A stretch of DNA of 64,000 nt from Lama guanicoe. Lineage: Eukaryota. The position numbers and the translations under genes were made by a program. The notes below the pieces were generated by a model. That model searched no databases and was not told the origin of the DNA. It worked only from the letters and a program-made list of their open reading frames with translations. How positions within the stretch are numbered: position 1 is the first letter of the stretch; the number at the start of each line of letters is the position of its first letter. This document shows, piece by piece, positions 12,600 through 24,751 of this stretch. The DNA lies in the NCBI GenBank assembly GCA_013239625.1, contig MU054117.1, positions 250,001-314,000 of the forward strand. Direction: 5' to 3'.

Positions 12600-13540
12600 T
12601 CTCCCCCTCTGGGTCAATGTGGACATATTTTTTTTTCATTGTTGGGGAGTTAGGTTGTGAAATGTCTTAAATGGAAGGAACTCTATTCTGATTGACTTGT
12701 GGGCCTAAATAAATGCTTATATAAGTCAAATACTTCTAAAATTTCCAGAAAATCAGGAAATTGTTCTTCTAATAACTTATATGTATTAGACTTTTAAAAG
12801 GTTTAAAATGCACAGAAATAAACTCAGAAATGTTTTTAAGACTACAGGTTCATAAGCAGACTCAAAGATAGAACAAACCAGTGGTGACCAGTGGGGAGGG
12901 GAGGAGGGAGAGGCAAGACAGGGGCAGGGGATTGAGAGGTGCAAGCTGTTAGGTATAAAATGAGTCAGCTACAAGGATGCGCTGTGCAACACAGGAATGT
13001 CAGTATTTTATAATAACTGTAAATAGAAGTAACCTTTAAAATTGTGAATCACTGTGTTGCACACCTGTAACTACATGTGTAACAACTATGTTCAAATTTA
13101 AAAAAGAGTTCAGGTTCCCATGATTAAGATAAATCTTTGGCAAATGAGAATAAATTAATAATTTTTGGTTAAAAAAGTTTTCTCTGATTTATCAGTATTA
13201 TACTGAGTATATGTAATACTCAATATTCAATATACCAACATAGTGTAATAAATTTTATTCTACTTGGTCCCCTCCAGATTTCTACAGATTTACTTATCAA
13301 ATGAGCTGATGTTACTCTTACATAATGTTTAAGGTTATGAAAAACATAAATTTGTTTTCAACTAAATTGACTTGAATTCTGATTGTTTTTAATAGCATTC
13401 CAGCTTTGGATGCTGTACAATAAATTGAGTCAGTTAATGGGCAATCACTGTGTACCTAGATAACGTGGAAATAAGGCAGGATGCTAAAACATTGGTTACC
13501 AGGTATAATTTTAATGGTTTTCAATAAACTAAGCAGAGGC
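12600..13540. mobile_element. AT-rich ERV-internal-like remnant interrupted by an L1 3' end (about 12852-13103, + strand)
   Basis: L1 3'UTR text (agaacaaaccagtggtgaccagtggggagggg...) flanked by near-duplicated aagactacaggttc (12838-12851) and aagagttcaggttc (13104-13117). The ERV origin of the flanks is a pattern impression only. Confidence 0.45.
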
Positions 13541-13740
13541 TCTGCCTCTGGCCAGCAAACCTGGTTGTAAGGCCCCGCGCTGCACCTCGAAGGTGTGCTG
13601 TGTCGGGGGCTGGTCCTCCGTCACCACTCACCTGCTTCTCTGTGAAGTGACCTCAGTCACTTGGCTTAAAAGTCACAGAAACACTTGTGTATAAGCTTTT
13701 ATTTTCAAGGAAAAGGAGTAGCTGTTTTTTTCCTCTCAAA

Positions 13741-14020
13741 GCAGAGTTTCTCAAGCTTTTTTGGCCTCTGGATGCTTTTACATATAAAAACTACTGAGGA
13801 GCCTGGAAAGCTTTTAAGTTTTATCTGTTTTTTTTTTGTTAGAAATTAAAACTGGAGAAAATTTAAAATATTGTTGATCTGTTTGAAAACACCAGCATGC
13901 CTGCTGCTTGTGAACATAATTACGTGTATTTTGCAAAACAACATTTTTAGTGAGAACGACATTGTTGCGTATTTTTGCAGGTCTCTTAAATGTCTTGAGT
14001 CTAAAAAGAAGCTGTGAAAC
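13741..14020. mobile_element. hAT-Charlie-type DNA transposon remnant
   Basis: Begins cagagtttctcaagctttttt...actactgaggagcctggaaagcttt...ttagaaattaaaactggagaaaattt, resembling a Charlie4-like end. Confidence 0.55.
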
Positions 14021-14999
14021 TCCCAATTTAGCAGAGTTTGTCTCGATGGTCTTGCCTTTGCTGTCAGAAAGAGAGATTATTATCTGCCAAGTGGGTGGCA
14101 GAGAGTCTGTAAAACAGAATGTTTGCTATTTTGTGTCTTTGGGGGAAACAGCCCCACGGAGGACAAAGGCGCACCACTCATGATGAGCTAAGGTCTTGAG
14201 TTTCGTTCACTCTTGACCAGATCCTGTTTCTCAGCATCCATGGTCCCATCTGTCAGTGCCCAAGTGGACTCTGGCAGCACTTCCGAAGACTGGACCCTGA
14301 GATTAGGAAAAAAAACTTCCCACGATATCTTTTACACCTAAAGCGAGACTTCCCAGAGTGCCCCTGGAGAGTCCCAAAGGTTGTTCACCTTACAAAAAGA
14401 TATATTATAAAATTAATGACATCTGTTTGAAGTGTTGTAAGAGCTTTGTGGGAAGAGTGGTCAGAAGAGGTGCAGCCCCTTGGTTACGTGTCTGGGTAAA
14501 ATGTCACTAATGTAAGTAACTCAAACTGTGCTTTGTGGGAGCGCTTTTGCTGTCCACGATCCGGTTTTATTCCCGGGAAAACACTGATGGGGTTTGTTCT
14601 GCGCGGTACCCAAGAGAGGCGACCCCCTTCTGTTGTGACTTCGTTGGTTAGAGAAATCTGTGAGTCACTCCCAGCGGCCAAGTGGTCAGCGACTGGGGCG
14701 TCCACAGCGGGGAAGGCTGGCGTCTGCACCTGACCTTTCCAGACCAGGCTTCCTCTCATCTGGCTTTAGCAGCCGAGCCTCAACTCAGGTGCGGCCCCGC
14801 CCTGCAGGCAGCATACACTGGACACCGGGGTTTGCCTGGAATGCTGCCGACATTTTAATTTCCACTTTCTAGACACACAAGGAAACTTTCTTAAACTGTC
14901 AGCCATAAAAATCTGGCAGACAACTGACATCTGGCTCTTACCTGCAGAATTCTTGTTAAGCCTCCTCGTTTTGTGTGGTGATACAGGGTTTTTTCCAAA

Positions 15000-15760
15000 C
15001 TTTTTTTTATTGCGGTAGATACAGAATTTACCTTTTTAACTATTCTAAGTGTACAGTTTAGTGGCATTGATAAGGAATTAATTCTCTAAAAAGCAGACGG
15101 CTTCTCATGCAAGTGGGATCAGACAACATGTGTTCCTGTGTCTGGCTTGTTTCATTCACAGCATGTCCTCGCCATCCCATAATGTCCACAGTCACATAAT
15201 GCTCACACTGTCACATGGTGTCCATGTTGTCACAGGTGTCAGAATTGCCTTCTCTTTTGTGCATGTGGTAAAATACACACAAATTTTTCCGTTTTAACTG
15301 TTTCCAAACGTACAAGCAGAGGCTTGTGAAGCCCACGCACGTGGCTGTGGCCCCGTCCCCCCGGCCCCGGCAGACCTCAGTCCACTGTCTGTGAGTTCGA
15401 CCCCCAGGGACCTCAGAGAATCGCAGAGAATCTGCCGTTTTGTGTCTGGCTTATGTCACTCACACAATGTCCTCCAGGTCCCTGTGTGTGGTACTAGGTG
15501 CTGGAATTTCCTTTTTGCGGCTGATTGTATTTACCGTGTGGATGGGCACATTTCGCTCGTCTGCTCACCTGTTGAGGGACACTATTTGCACCTTGGAGCT
15601 GCTGTGAGTAATGCGGCCGGGAAGGCCGGGGTGCAGCCCGTCTGTCCTGCTCTCACTTCCTATTCACTTCCTGTATACCTGGGGGCAGAGCTGCTGGAGC
15701 AGACCATGATTCTGTATATAATTTTTTTTGAAAACCGCCATACCGTCCTTTTGTTTTTTT
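15000..15760 (-). mobile_element. Fragmented L1M 3'UTR remnants
   Basis: Repeated L1M 3'UTR phrases (tttttttattgcggtagatac..., tgtgtctggcttgtttcattca..., gatgggcacattt). Confidence 0.6.
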
Positions 15761-16369
15761 AACCTGGATTTAGTAACACTGGACGAATTGAGAGCCCTTG
15801 TTCCTGAGTGATGCTCATGTGCTTGGGTGTGACAAGCCGCTTGTCACAGAACTGAGTTGTCTTGGGGGCAAACCTGCAGAGCCGCAGGGAAGCCAGTCTG
15901 GCCAGGGGTCCCTGGTGGTGGTGGGAGGAGGGTCACTTCCAGGGGGCCTGGAAGGGCGGCGGGAGACCGAATATTCGGACAGACAGTGGGCCGACTGTAT
16001 GCTAACAGAGGAGGCCCCTGCCCAGGAGGCCAGCCTGGTAGGTCGAGTCAGACTGCTCTCTGGCGACGTCCTGGAAGCTACATATTACCTCAGGACTTGG
16101 TCAGTAACTGACAGCTTCCCTGGTTTTTGTTCCTGCTTCCACCCTGGGTCTGCATTGGACTCTGCCCTCCAGGAACCTCCCTCATCGCAAAGCTCTCCCA
16201 CCCTCTCCTGCCAGGTGCCAGTGTCTGGATAAACGGCCCTTGCTCCCCATGGCTGGGCTCCCCTTTTTTCCAGAGGAATTCTTACACCTTTGTGGGAACT
16301 GCAGGTGAAGCCTGTGGAGTTTTAGGCCTGGCTCCTACCCTCAGGCAGCAAAAAGCCCAGTTCGAGCTC

Positions 16370-16750
16370 ATTGCTGAACTCAGGTTCACCTGCTTGCCAC
16401 TCAGAAGCCATTGTCGAGGCAGGTGTCAGTAGAAAGGAAGGTGCTTTAATCAGAAAAGCCGTCAGTCTGGGGAGAAAGTGGACTCTTGCTCAGAGACCAC
16501 GCCGAAGGCCCTGCTCTGCTGGGGTGTTTTCAAAGGGAGAAGGGGGGACAGTCCTCCCTGCACGGACTGATGGACTCTTCAGATGTTACTCTGCCCACGA
16601 TCTGCCTGCGGGGTTGCCAGGGGGCTGTGGGGGCGGAGAGCTAGCACGGCCGTCATCCGGTCAGACTAGGCGTGGTGTGCATTCACGGAGCCTAAGTCAG
16701 GAGTTGGTTTCAGTTGCTTTCATTCCTGTAATTAGGTTCTCTTAAGGGTT
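16370..16750. mobile_element. ERV LTR-like remnant
   Basis: gaactcaggttcacctgcttgccactcagaagcc...gtagaaaggaaggtgctttaatcagaaaagcc resembles ERV1-class LTR text; family not assigned. Confidence 0.45.
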
Positions 16751-18505
16751 AGAGGGGAACAGAAATGCGTGAACAGGCAAGGGCTGCTTTCAAGCTTCCT
16801 TACGAAAATTTCCAGACCGAAGTCGATTCTGTGCCTTTGGTAGCTGTTTAATGCCACGGATCTAAATTTGCAAAAGAAACAGAGGAGGCCTCGCTGGTTA
16901 ACTAACGCTGCTGCTGCCAGGATGGGCCCGTGAGGCAGCCTAGTGAGACCGCCTGTGTGTGAGAGTCATCTAAGCCCAGGCTGGAGACTGTCTGGAGAAA
17001 CTGCGAAAGACCCACATGCACAAAACCCCCGCGTGTTCCGGCCAGCTGGCCCTCTCTGGGTTTCTCGATTTGGGGCTACTGAAGGCCTCTGTAAGTGGCA
17101 GGAGACTGGTGCTAGTGCCAGCGACGTGCCCAGACATGCGACACCCTGCCTCCTTTCCTGTGGGTGTGGAGTGGTTTTATCGTCTTACTCTTTTCTCCAT
17201 TAAATAGTGAGTTCAGTAAATTCTAGTATGTGTTCATTTAAGAAGGAAAAGTCGCTCCCCGGCAGGTCTGGGTCTTTTTGTGCATCTGTGGCTATAGACA
17301 CATCAGCACAGCTGACCCTGGAACAGCAGGTCCACTCATGCCCATGGTTTTCATTAAAAAATGCCACACGGCCCCGGGCTGTTGTCTGAGAGTGCAGAGT
17401 GCAGGTCTGGGTGAATTCTGCGCAGATTAACCCCCGCGTGGTTCAAGGGTTGTTCAAAGGGTTAGGATATTTTGTGAAGACGGGAATGCGGCCAGTGTGA
17501 GTGCCATGGTCATGGACCAGGCGGGGGCGGCCGGTGAGGTGCTTCTGTGGAGAGCATCCTGATGCTGGTTCCTCAGAGCGGGGTGGCGGGGGGGGGGCCT
17601 GTGGCTATGGCCGTGGTTTGGCCTCTTCCCTGGGGGCTGTTCTGTCTGCTGTGTCCTGATGCTGACAGTGGCTCCCGCTCTGCCCCCTGCCTGTCTGCCT
17701 CCACCTGTGTCTTTGCTCTTGGCCCCTTTCCTCCCAGACACTCAGCCCGCCCCGCCCCACCCCGCCCCGCCCCAGAGGGTGCAAGGGCTGGGGATGCATG
17801 AGGCCAGGGCACCCGGGACAGGGAGGTGGAGGCCACTCTGCCCTTCCTCCCTGAAGAGGAGCTGGCTGTCCGTTTTGTCTGTCTTGTCCTCCTGGGTGTT
17901 TAGGAACCGTGTGGAATGAGCGGGTGTGGCGTTTTGCTCTCCCAGATGCCAGCTCACTTGGTTCAGCCCCGTCTCCAGTGGGCTCATCTGGTCCCTTCTT
18001 GACGCTGGATTGTTTAGTCTGTAAGATATGCTGAATGGAAGCTTTAACCTTCTGTGTAACTGTCAGATATTCTTTCTCCTTTCTGTGGGAAGTTTCTCTT
18101 CTCTGCCCTTGAAGCCACGCTCATGGGGAGCTGGCCTGCCTGGCCACCGCTCGAGTGTGCACCACGGAGTCAGGGTCCGTGTGGTGTGCCCTGGGTGGTG
18201 GCTGAGGGGAGGCCTGTGCTCGGGTGGTGGCAGTGATGCAGAGACCCCCAGGGACGCTGGGTCCTATTCATGGAGGCAGCTCGGTGCGTGGGGAGTCTGT
18301 CTGCCCTATTTGCCTGAGCCATGAACTCGGGGTGGGGCCTCAGTCTCCATAACGGGGTTCTGCACTCCCCAAGTTTCAAGCTGCAGAGGAAGTGGGAGCC
18401 CAGGGTGCGCACAGTTGGGAAGGACGGCTCCCCTCTTCCCTGAGGGGTCCTGGAGTGGGTGTCCCTGCAGGAACCAGCACCCACCCTGTGTGTGTTCTCT
18501 TCCAG

Positions 18506-18555
18506 GCCACCAACTTGGACCCCTGAGAGCCGGAGCCCGCCAGGCTGCCTAGGCC
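18506..18555 (+). other. BID: BID exon 2, 5'UTR portion
   Basis: Acceptor tgttctcttccag| at 18505/18506. Confidence 0.8.
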
Positions 18556-18567
18556 ATGGATTCTAAG
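18556..18567 (+). CDS. BID: BID coding exon 1 (MDSK)
   Basis: Kozak GCCATGG; ATG GAT TCT AAG|gtcaga donor; corresponds to the 4-codon human start exon MDCE. Confidence 0.9.
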
Positions 18568-20279
18568 GTCAGATGCTGTGGTTGTCCCAGGGGAGGCTTG
18601 GGGGGGCAGCCCTGCGGAAGGAGCCTCTCACTCACAACTTCCTGGAGCACGGGGGGAGAAAACGGGCCTCTCTCGTCCCCTCGCCCCTCTTGTCCTCACC
18701 GAAGGACAAGGAGGCTTTCTGATTGAAGGCCTCTGAAAGGCTGGGAGCTCCTGGGAGTGGTTACCTCGGGCAGTATGGGCCAGCCCCCTTGGTGCCTGCC
18801 TTCTCGGTGCCTAAATGCTGCCGGGTGCCTTGAATGAACACGGGCGCGAGAAGGAATCATGGCGTTGCCAGTCATATCTGCCTGGTCTTCCTTCCTCTTC
18901 TGTCATGTCAGGGCCCAGCATCAGGTACCCCCAGTCCCACCAGCCCCTGTAGGAGGCGTCTGAGGAGGTGGGACTGTGAGCTCGGTGCCCGGGTTCCTGA
19001 GCAGCATCTGGCACCTGAAGGGTCTCGGTGTGAACCTTGCAAACATCCTTCTACAGGGATGTCAGCCACGCTGTTACCTGCCGGGTGCTGCAGGAGAAAT
19101 GTCAGCTGGTAGAACAGAAGGGGTCTGGGGAGCTGCCCTTGTGCTGGCGAAGGCCTGTTATCAGGGTCCAAATTGCCCTACGGTGCCCCCTCTGACTTGC
19201 GCCCAGGGCGCCGGCCGCTGGTCCTGCGTCTCCGACACCTGAACCGGGTGGGGGGGGCTGCGGAACCCTTCCCTTTTTACTTTTTCCTTCCAGCAGAGAC
19301 TCGGGAGTCCCCCAGCGTTAGTTCGTGAGGAGACTCGCAGGCGCCTCCTCTTCCCCCACCAGAATTTGCATCTTGTATCTCTTTCTGACTTACATTATTT
19401 TCCAGTTTAAAAAAAAATACAGTAAAATGTACATAGTGTAAAATTAACCACTGTAACGTTTTTAAAGCATAAACTCAGTGGCAGTGCTTGTGCTCACCCT
19501 GTTCTGTGGCCGCCACCGCCCGGCCCCTCGTCCTGTGCTTCCTGGAACAGTGGCTGCTTCGGGGGCCACACGGGTGGGGGACTCACGCAGCGTGACCTCT
19601 TGTGTCTGACCTCACCGAGCACAGTGTCTCGGGTTTGGGGGTTTTGTGTGTTTGTGTGGTGGTGTTTAGCCACACTGTAGTGTTCTTCTGTGATGTTTTT
19701 TTTTTGGTATTTAGAAGAGCAAGAAATGAAATTGGTTTTAGGGCTTGCGTGTTTGGTGTTGCCTTCTCTAGGTTTGGACACCAGCACTTTTCCAGTGTAT
19801 CAGACACGCTGGCTACCTGTCCATCGTTTTTTCTGCATTGGAACTGACTTTATAGCGAGAGGTACTTTGGTCCAGCAAGGTTTCCTAAGTCTTCATCATT
19901 TCTCGTAACTCAGTTTCCCTGTGACCTAAAGGGGCAGCCATCAGAGCACCCGCCTCTGAGACGTTCATGTCAACGGTGGTCACTGGTCCCTCCTTGGCCC
20001 GTCCCCGGCTTGTCCCCGGCCTAGCTGGTTCTTGGTGCTGGGCCGACTGCCCATCCTGGGGTCCAGTCCAGCCTGTTGCTGTCACAGTCAGAACGGACCC
20101 CGTCCATGGGCTGCCCGCTCGCAGCTTTGGGACCCACGCCCCTAACATGAAACGCTTCCCTCCCACCGTCTTGGATGCTCGACCTGGCAAAGTCGGTGGC
20201 AACTAGTGCGCTGCAGCCAGGCTCTGGGACCCCATTTGCCAGCCTCTAGGTGAAGGGAGTCCAGGCAGAAATGGCCTGA

Positions 20280-20610
20280 TTTAGTTTCCTGGGGCCGCAG
20301 CCACGAAGCCCCACAAACTGGGTGTTTTCCCTCCGTGTCCAGAGGTCTGAGGTCCAGGTGTTGAAGGGTGGGTTCCTCCTGGAGGCTCTCCTGGTGCCTG
20401 GCTGTCTGGGCAGACATATCACTCTGGCTCCTGCCCTGTCTTCCCATTGCATCTGCCCCTCCTTTCTCTTGTAGAGACACCAGTCTTTGGATGGAGGGTC
20501 CTCCCTAGTCCACTGTGGCCCGACCTTAGCTCATGCCATCTGCAAAGACCCCATATCTGGGAAAGGTCCTGGGGTCAGGGCTAGGATGGCTCTGGGGGCA
20601 CCGTCAGCTG
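20280..20610. mobile_element. MaLR LTR (MLT1-like) remnant
   Basis: ttagtttcctggggccgcagcc...cacaaactgggtg...gacaccagtctttggatggagggtc...catctgcaaagacccc is typical MLT1 text. Confidence 0.7.
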
Positions 20611-20860
20611 CATGGCCTCGGCCCCGGTTCCTCCTTCCCCACCAGGAACCTCCCTGAGGCAGAAGGGAAGCACTTTGAGTTTCTAAGTTGCCTTGTGCCA
20701 CCTGGCCTCACCGTAAAGATTTAATACGTAGAGCTTTATGTACATTTTTACCTTTTTCAGGAGTAATTCTGGAGAAGGCTTAATGGCAACATATGAGCAC
20801 CTGACTATGCATGTTATTTATTTAAAACAATTTGTTCTCTAAAAGTTTTCTGATTTTTCT

Positions 20861-20999
20861 TTTTGCAATTTTTTTTTATTTTGGTGGTGGTGGTGGAGGG
20901 AACTAATTGTATTTAATTTTACAATTTTTTTTTAATGGGAGATACTGGGGATTGAACCTAGGACCTCATGCATGCTAAGCACACGCTCTACCCTCACCC
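20861..20999 (-). mobile_element. tRNA-derived camelid-type SINE (Vic-like)
   Basis: Reverse complement of a tRNA-like head (...gcttagcatgcatgaggtcctaggttcaatccccagta...); exact 17-bp TSD agttttctgatttttct at 20844-20860 and 21000-21016. Confidence 0.85.
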
Positions 21000-21580
21000 A
21001 GTTTTCTGATTTTTCTAATGAAAAACATTAGGGACCTGGAAGCAACTGCTACCTGCACCTGTGTTTTCCTCTCGTGGCCACTTCTAGCCCGGGACGTGTG
21101 TCCGTGGGCCCTGCTCTGGGCAGGTGCCAGGCGGTGCCCGTCGTCCCAGCTCTTGGGGGTGGGGGTCTGCCGTCATCCAGCCGCTGTGCGTGTGCGCCTG
21201 CAGTCAGCGCCCCGGGAGTCCCTCCTGGTTCCCTTGGGGCCGCCTCGGCTTCGACAGGCGGCATCCTGTCCTGGTAGTTCTCTCTGTAGGCTCGGTCAAG
21301 GGGCTTACCCACCTGAGCCGGCCACAGCTGGCCAAAGGCAGACGCTGTCTGTGGTCACAACTGCCCGGTCTGTACTGAAAACCTGCTGGATGCGTGGCCA
21401 GTGAAGGACGGGGGGGCCTGGCAAAGCGCGTTGATGCAGGGCTGTCCGCTAAGTCTGCGTCTGCCTGGCTTCCGTCCCCGAGAGGAGCCACTTCTGCAGC
21501 AGCAGCACTTTGCCCTCACCTGCGGGCGGGCACGCGGGTCCCCGGGCCAGCGAGGCCGTCTCAGGTGGCTTTCATCTCAG

Positions 21581-21782
21581 GTCAGCAACGGTGCAGGCCC
21601 CCAGGATGAGCGCATCACCAGCCTGCTGGTGTTCAGCTTCCTCCAGAGCTGCTCCCCCTCCAGTTTCCACAGAGAGCTGGAGGCACTGGGCCACCAGCTC
21701 CCCATGTGCACGGCCCTCGACGATGAGCTGCAGACAGATGGCAGCCAGTGGAGCCACCCCCTCGGGGGCGCAGCGGACACAG
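21581..21782 (+). CDS. BID: BID coding exon 2 (helices 1-2 and caspase-8 loop, LQTD|G)
   Basis: ttcatctcag| acceptor, |gtaggc donor; [24 protein letters not shown]...[12 protein letters not shown] matches BID; 202 nt, phase 1. Confidence 0.97.
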
Positions 21783-22761
21783 GTAGGCATTGGGAGGGCT
21801 GTGGGCTCATCTCCGCCTGGTTCCTGCTGCGCGCTGCCCTCTGGGCCACTCCAGCCTCCGGACCTCCGGCTGCCTCGACTCGGTGGACAGGGGTGTGGCC
21901 CAGGGATCCAGCTGCTGTGTCTCCTGGCTGGTCCCCTGGGGAAGGATGAGAAGGCCTGGGGGCAGGAGGGACAAGCAGAGGCTGTCCCTGGGTGGCTCTC
22001 CCACACCGTCCCTGCTTCGGGGCCCCAAAGCCTCGCTGGACGCAGTGGCCAAAGTGATGACAGTAGGAAATGAGCGTGTGGACGGGGACCTAATGAGGTT
22101 TGGAAGCAAAAGGCAGGTAGAGGCTCTGGTGGCCACCTCGTGATGCTGACTCGTTCCCTCGGCTGGACTTGCCGTGGCTCCTGAGTTGCTGGAAGGAGGT
22201 GGGAGAGGCTAGGCAGTCAGGGCTGCAGGAGTCGGGTGCGGTGGAGCTGGCAGTAGCTTCAGCAAGAACCCGGGGTGGGAAGGCCAGGGCCCGGAGCGGT
22301 ACTGAGCACAGTCAGTGTGGCTGGACCTCCGATGGGAACAGTGGACGTTCAGGTCCAAGGTCACGTCAGATCCGGGTGACCTGTCCCTGAAAGTGAGGCA
22401 GGTGCATGGAAGGTTTTGAGGAGAGAAATCAAGCTCGAGTTGCGTGCCACGGTCCAGGCTGTGGGGAGGCCAGCAAGACAAGCCTGAGGGGGCACTGGGG
22501 GCCCAGGGGGAGGGGGGCTGCATCCAGGACCTGTGATGCCAGCATGGCCGGGCTGCAGAGCCCTCTGGACCACTTCCTGGGCAGATGGCTGTCAGATGCA
22601 GGGGCCAGAGCCCAGCTAGCTGCAGCGGCTGTCTCAGCATCACGGACCGTTTTCAGGAGCAGGGGTGGGGAGATGCCGGCTTTGCTCCAAAGCAGAACCG
22701 CCGTGTTCTGGGAGGAGGGGTCAGCGAAGTGTCGTCTAGAGCCACCCTCTCTGACGTTTAG

Positions 22762-22901
22762 TTTCTGCGAGTCAAGAGGAGGCCATCTGGGACATCGCCA
22801 GGCAGCTCGCACAGATCGGGGACACGATGGGCCACAGCATCCACCCGGGGCTGATCCAGGGCCTGGCCGCGCAGTTCACAAATGGCAGCCTCTCGGAGGA
22901 G
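22762..22901 (+). CDS. BID: BID coding exon 3 (BH3 domain)
   Basis: gtttag| acceptor, |gtgagc donor; (V)[46 protein letters not shown] contains the BH3 motif LxxxGD; 140 nt, restores phase 0. Confidence 0.97.
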
Positions 22902-23691
22902 GTGAGCGCGAACACCCACGGGCGGTCAGGAAGCGGGGGCTGCTCAGGGTCTGTCCTGCACCTCGGGTCCTGACTGTCCACAAAAGAGCTGGAAATAGGA
23001 CCAGCCTGACGACCCTTCAGGTTAAGAAGAACTAAGTAACTTGACACGAAAAACCCAAACTTTCAGTCAGATCCAGCGTTTGGGGACAAAGCCCCCAGAA
23101 GGTGAACACGATGTGTGTGGCTCTTTCCTCCAGTTCAGGGAGTTGACTGAGGGAGCCTACAGAGCTAAGTCCCCACCAGGGGTGGCCCCACAGGCCGGGC
23201 ACACCCCACAAGGCCGTCAGGCATGTGTAGGAGCCAAGGTGGGGGGGTCCACTACTGATGGCTAAGGACGCAGGGGCCCCCCCAACACTCAGAAATGTAG
23301 TCCAGGGTCTGGCCCGTCCAGGGAGCTCCCTTTTGAGGTTTGAAGGTGTCATGGCGCACAAGCAGCTGTGACGTTCTCTCCCCCTCAGGGAAGGTCCTTT
23401 GGGGCCTATGGTCCATGGAGGCCTCCCCTGGATGGGCGGGAGGGGTTCCTCCTCTCCCTGCACCCTTGCATGAGGCCCGGATGCCCTCGGTGGGCACTGA
23501 CCCTCAGCTCAGGTGCTGGGGGGGGGGTGTCTCCGTCTGCCCTCTCAGACCAGAGTTGTCCTCACTCCCCTCCAGCATCTGCTGCTGACAGCGCTCCTCT
23601 GAAAGGAAGGCCCCTTCATGGCTGTCACTGAAGGGCGGCCTTCCTCCAGCAGGAGGAGGCTGGTCAGCGAGGCTCTGTCTCCTCCATGCAG

Positions 23692-23904
23692 GACAGAAGG
23701 CGGGGCTTCGCCACGACTCTGGGGCAGCTCCTCCAGGCCTGCCCCGCAGATGTGGACCAGGAGAAGACTTTGCTCGTGCTGACCATGCTCCTGGCCAAAG
23801 AGGTGGCCAGTCACACGCCAGCCTTGCTCCAGGACGTCTTCCGCACAACGGTGAACTTCATCAACCAGAATCTTCTCACCTATGTGAGGAACTTAGTCCA
23901 AAAT
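23692..23904 (+). CDS. BID: BID coding exon 4 (helices 5-8)
   Basis: atgcag| acceptor, |gtaaga donor; [71 protein letters not shown]; 213 nt. Confidence 0.97.
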
Positions 23905-24751
23905 GTAAGAGCCAGCAACACCAGCTCCTAGGCATCTCCCCTAAGGTCTGAGACCGTCCTGCAGGGCTGCCTGCTGGTGACCAGACCCCAGAGAAGGCAG
24001 TCTTCCTGCTCAGGAAGAAAGGCCAGGTTCTGCTTCTGTGAGCAGGAAAGGCACTGGTGGGAGGTGGTGAAGGCCGACTTGGCGCTCGTGACAGGATGGA
24101 GGCAAGGTGGTGGGAGGTGCCCAGGCTGCCTCCCATCTCCTTGCGACTTCACCTTGTCCCAAAATGAGTGTAACTTACGTGATTACCAAGGAGGATCAGC
24201 GGTCAAGAGGGGACTGCAGTCTGTCTTCTAAGCAGGGAGTTTGAGCCCACAGCTCTTTGTGGCCCAAGGAAGAGGCCAGGCAGGCCTTAGGCCTCTGGCT
24301 TGGGTTTATTCACAAACTAGCTGGAAGGGAAGTGGGCGTCTTGTCTGAAAGTTTGAAAACATTAGTGAATGTCTGGGCTTTTACTTGTCAGAAGCACGGC
24401 TCAGGCCTCTGACCCTCTTCAGGTTCCCTGATGAGCCTTGAAAGCGCGTGCTCTGCATGGTCTCCAGCTTCACAGGCGTCTTACAACTGGGGTGAATATA
24501 AACCCCAATCCAGTGTGAAAGCACGCTGAATCGTGGGGAGGGGAGAAGCCCGAGAACACGAGTCTGTCTGTTACCAGCCCACCCGGTGTGCGGGGCTGAG
24601 ACAGCCTTGGTTCAGCCCTCGGCGCTGTGCGTGACTCGGGGGGAAAGCCTGCGTTTGCAAAGCCCCAGTCCACTTCCACCGACTGCAGGTCCGGGCACGG
24701 GGGCCTGGCCTGCGGGGCAGACAGGCTGACTGTTTTCCGTCCCTGCCACAG

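Noticed and set aside
23905..23931. Read-through of BID coding exon 4 giving VRASNTSS*
   Set aside because: A strong GTAAGA donor and the downstream ELD* exon matching human GMD* explain the structure; nothing indicates intron retention
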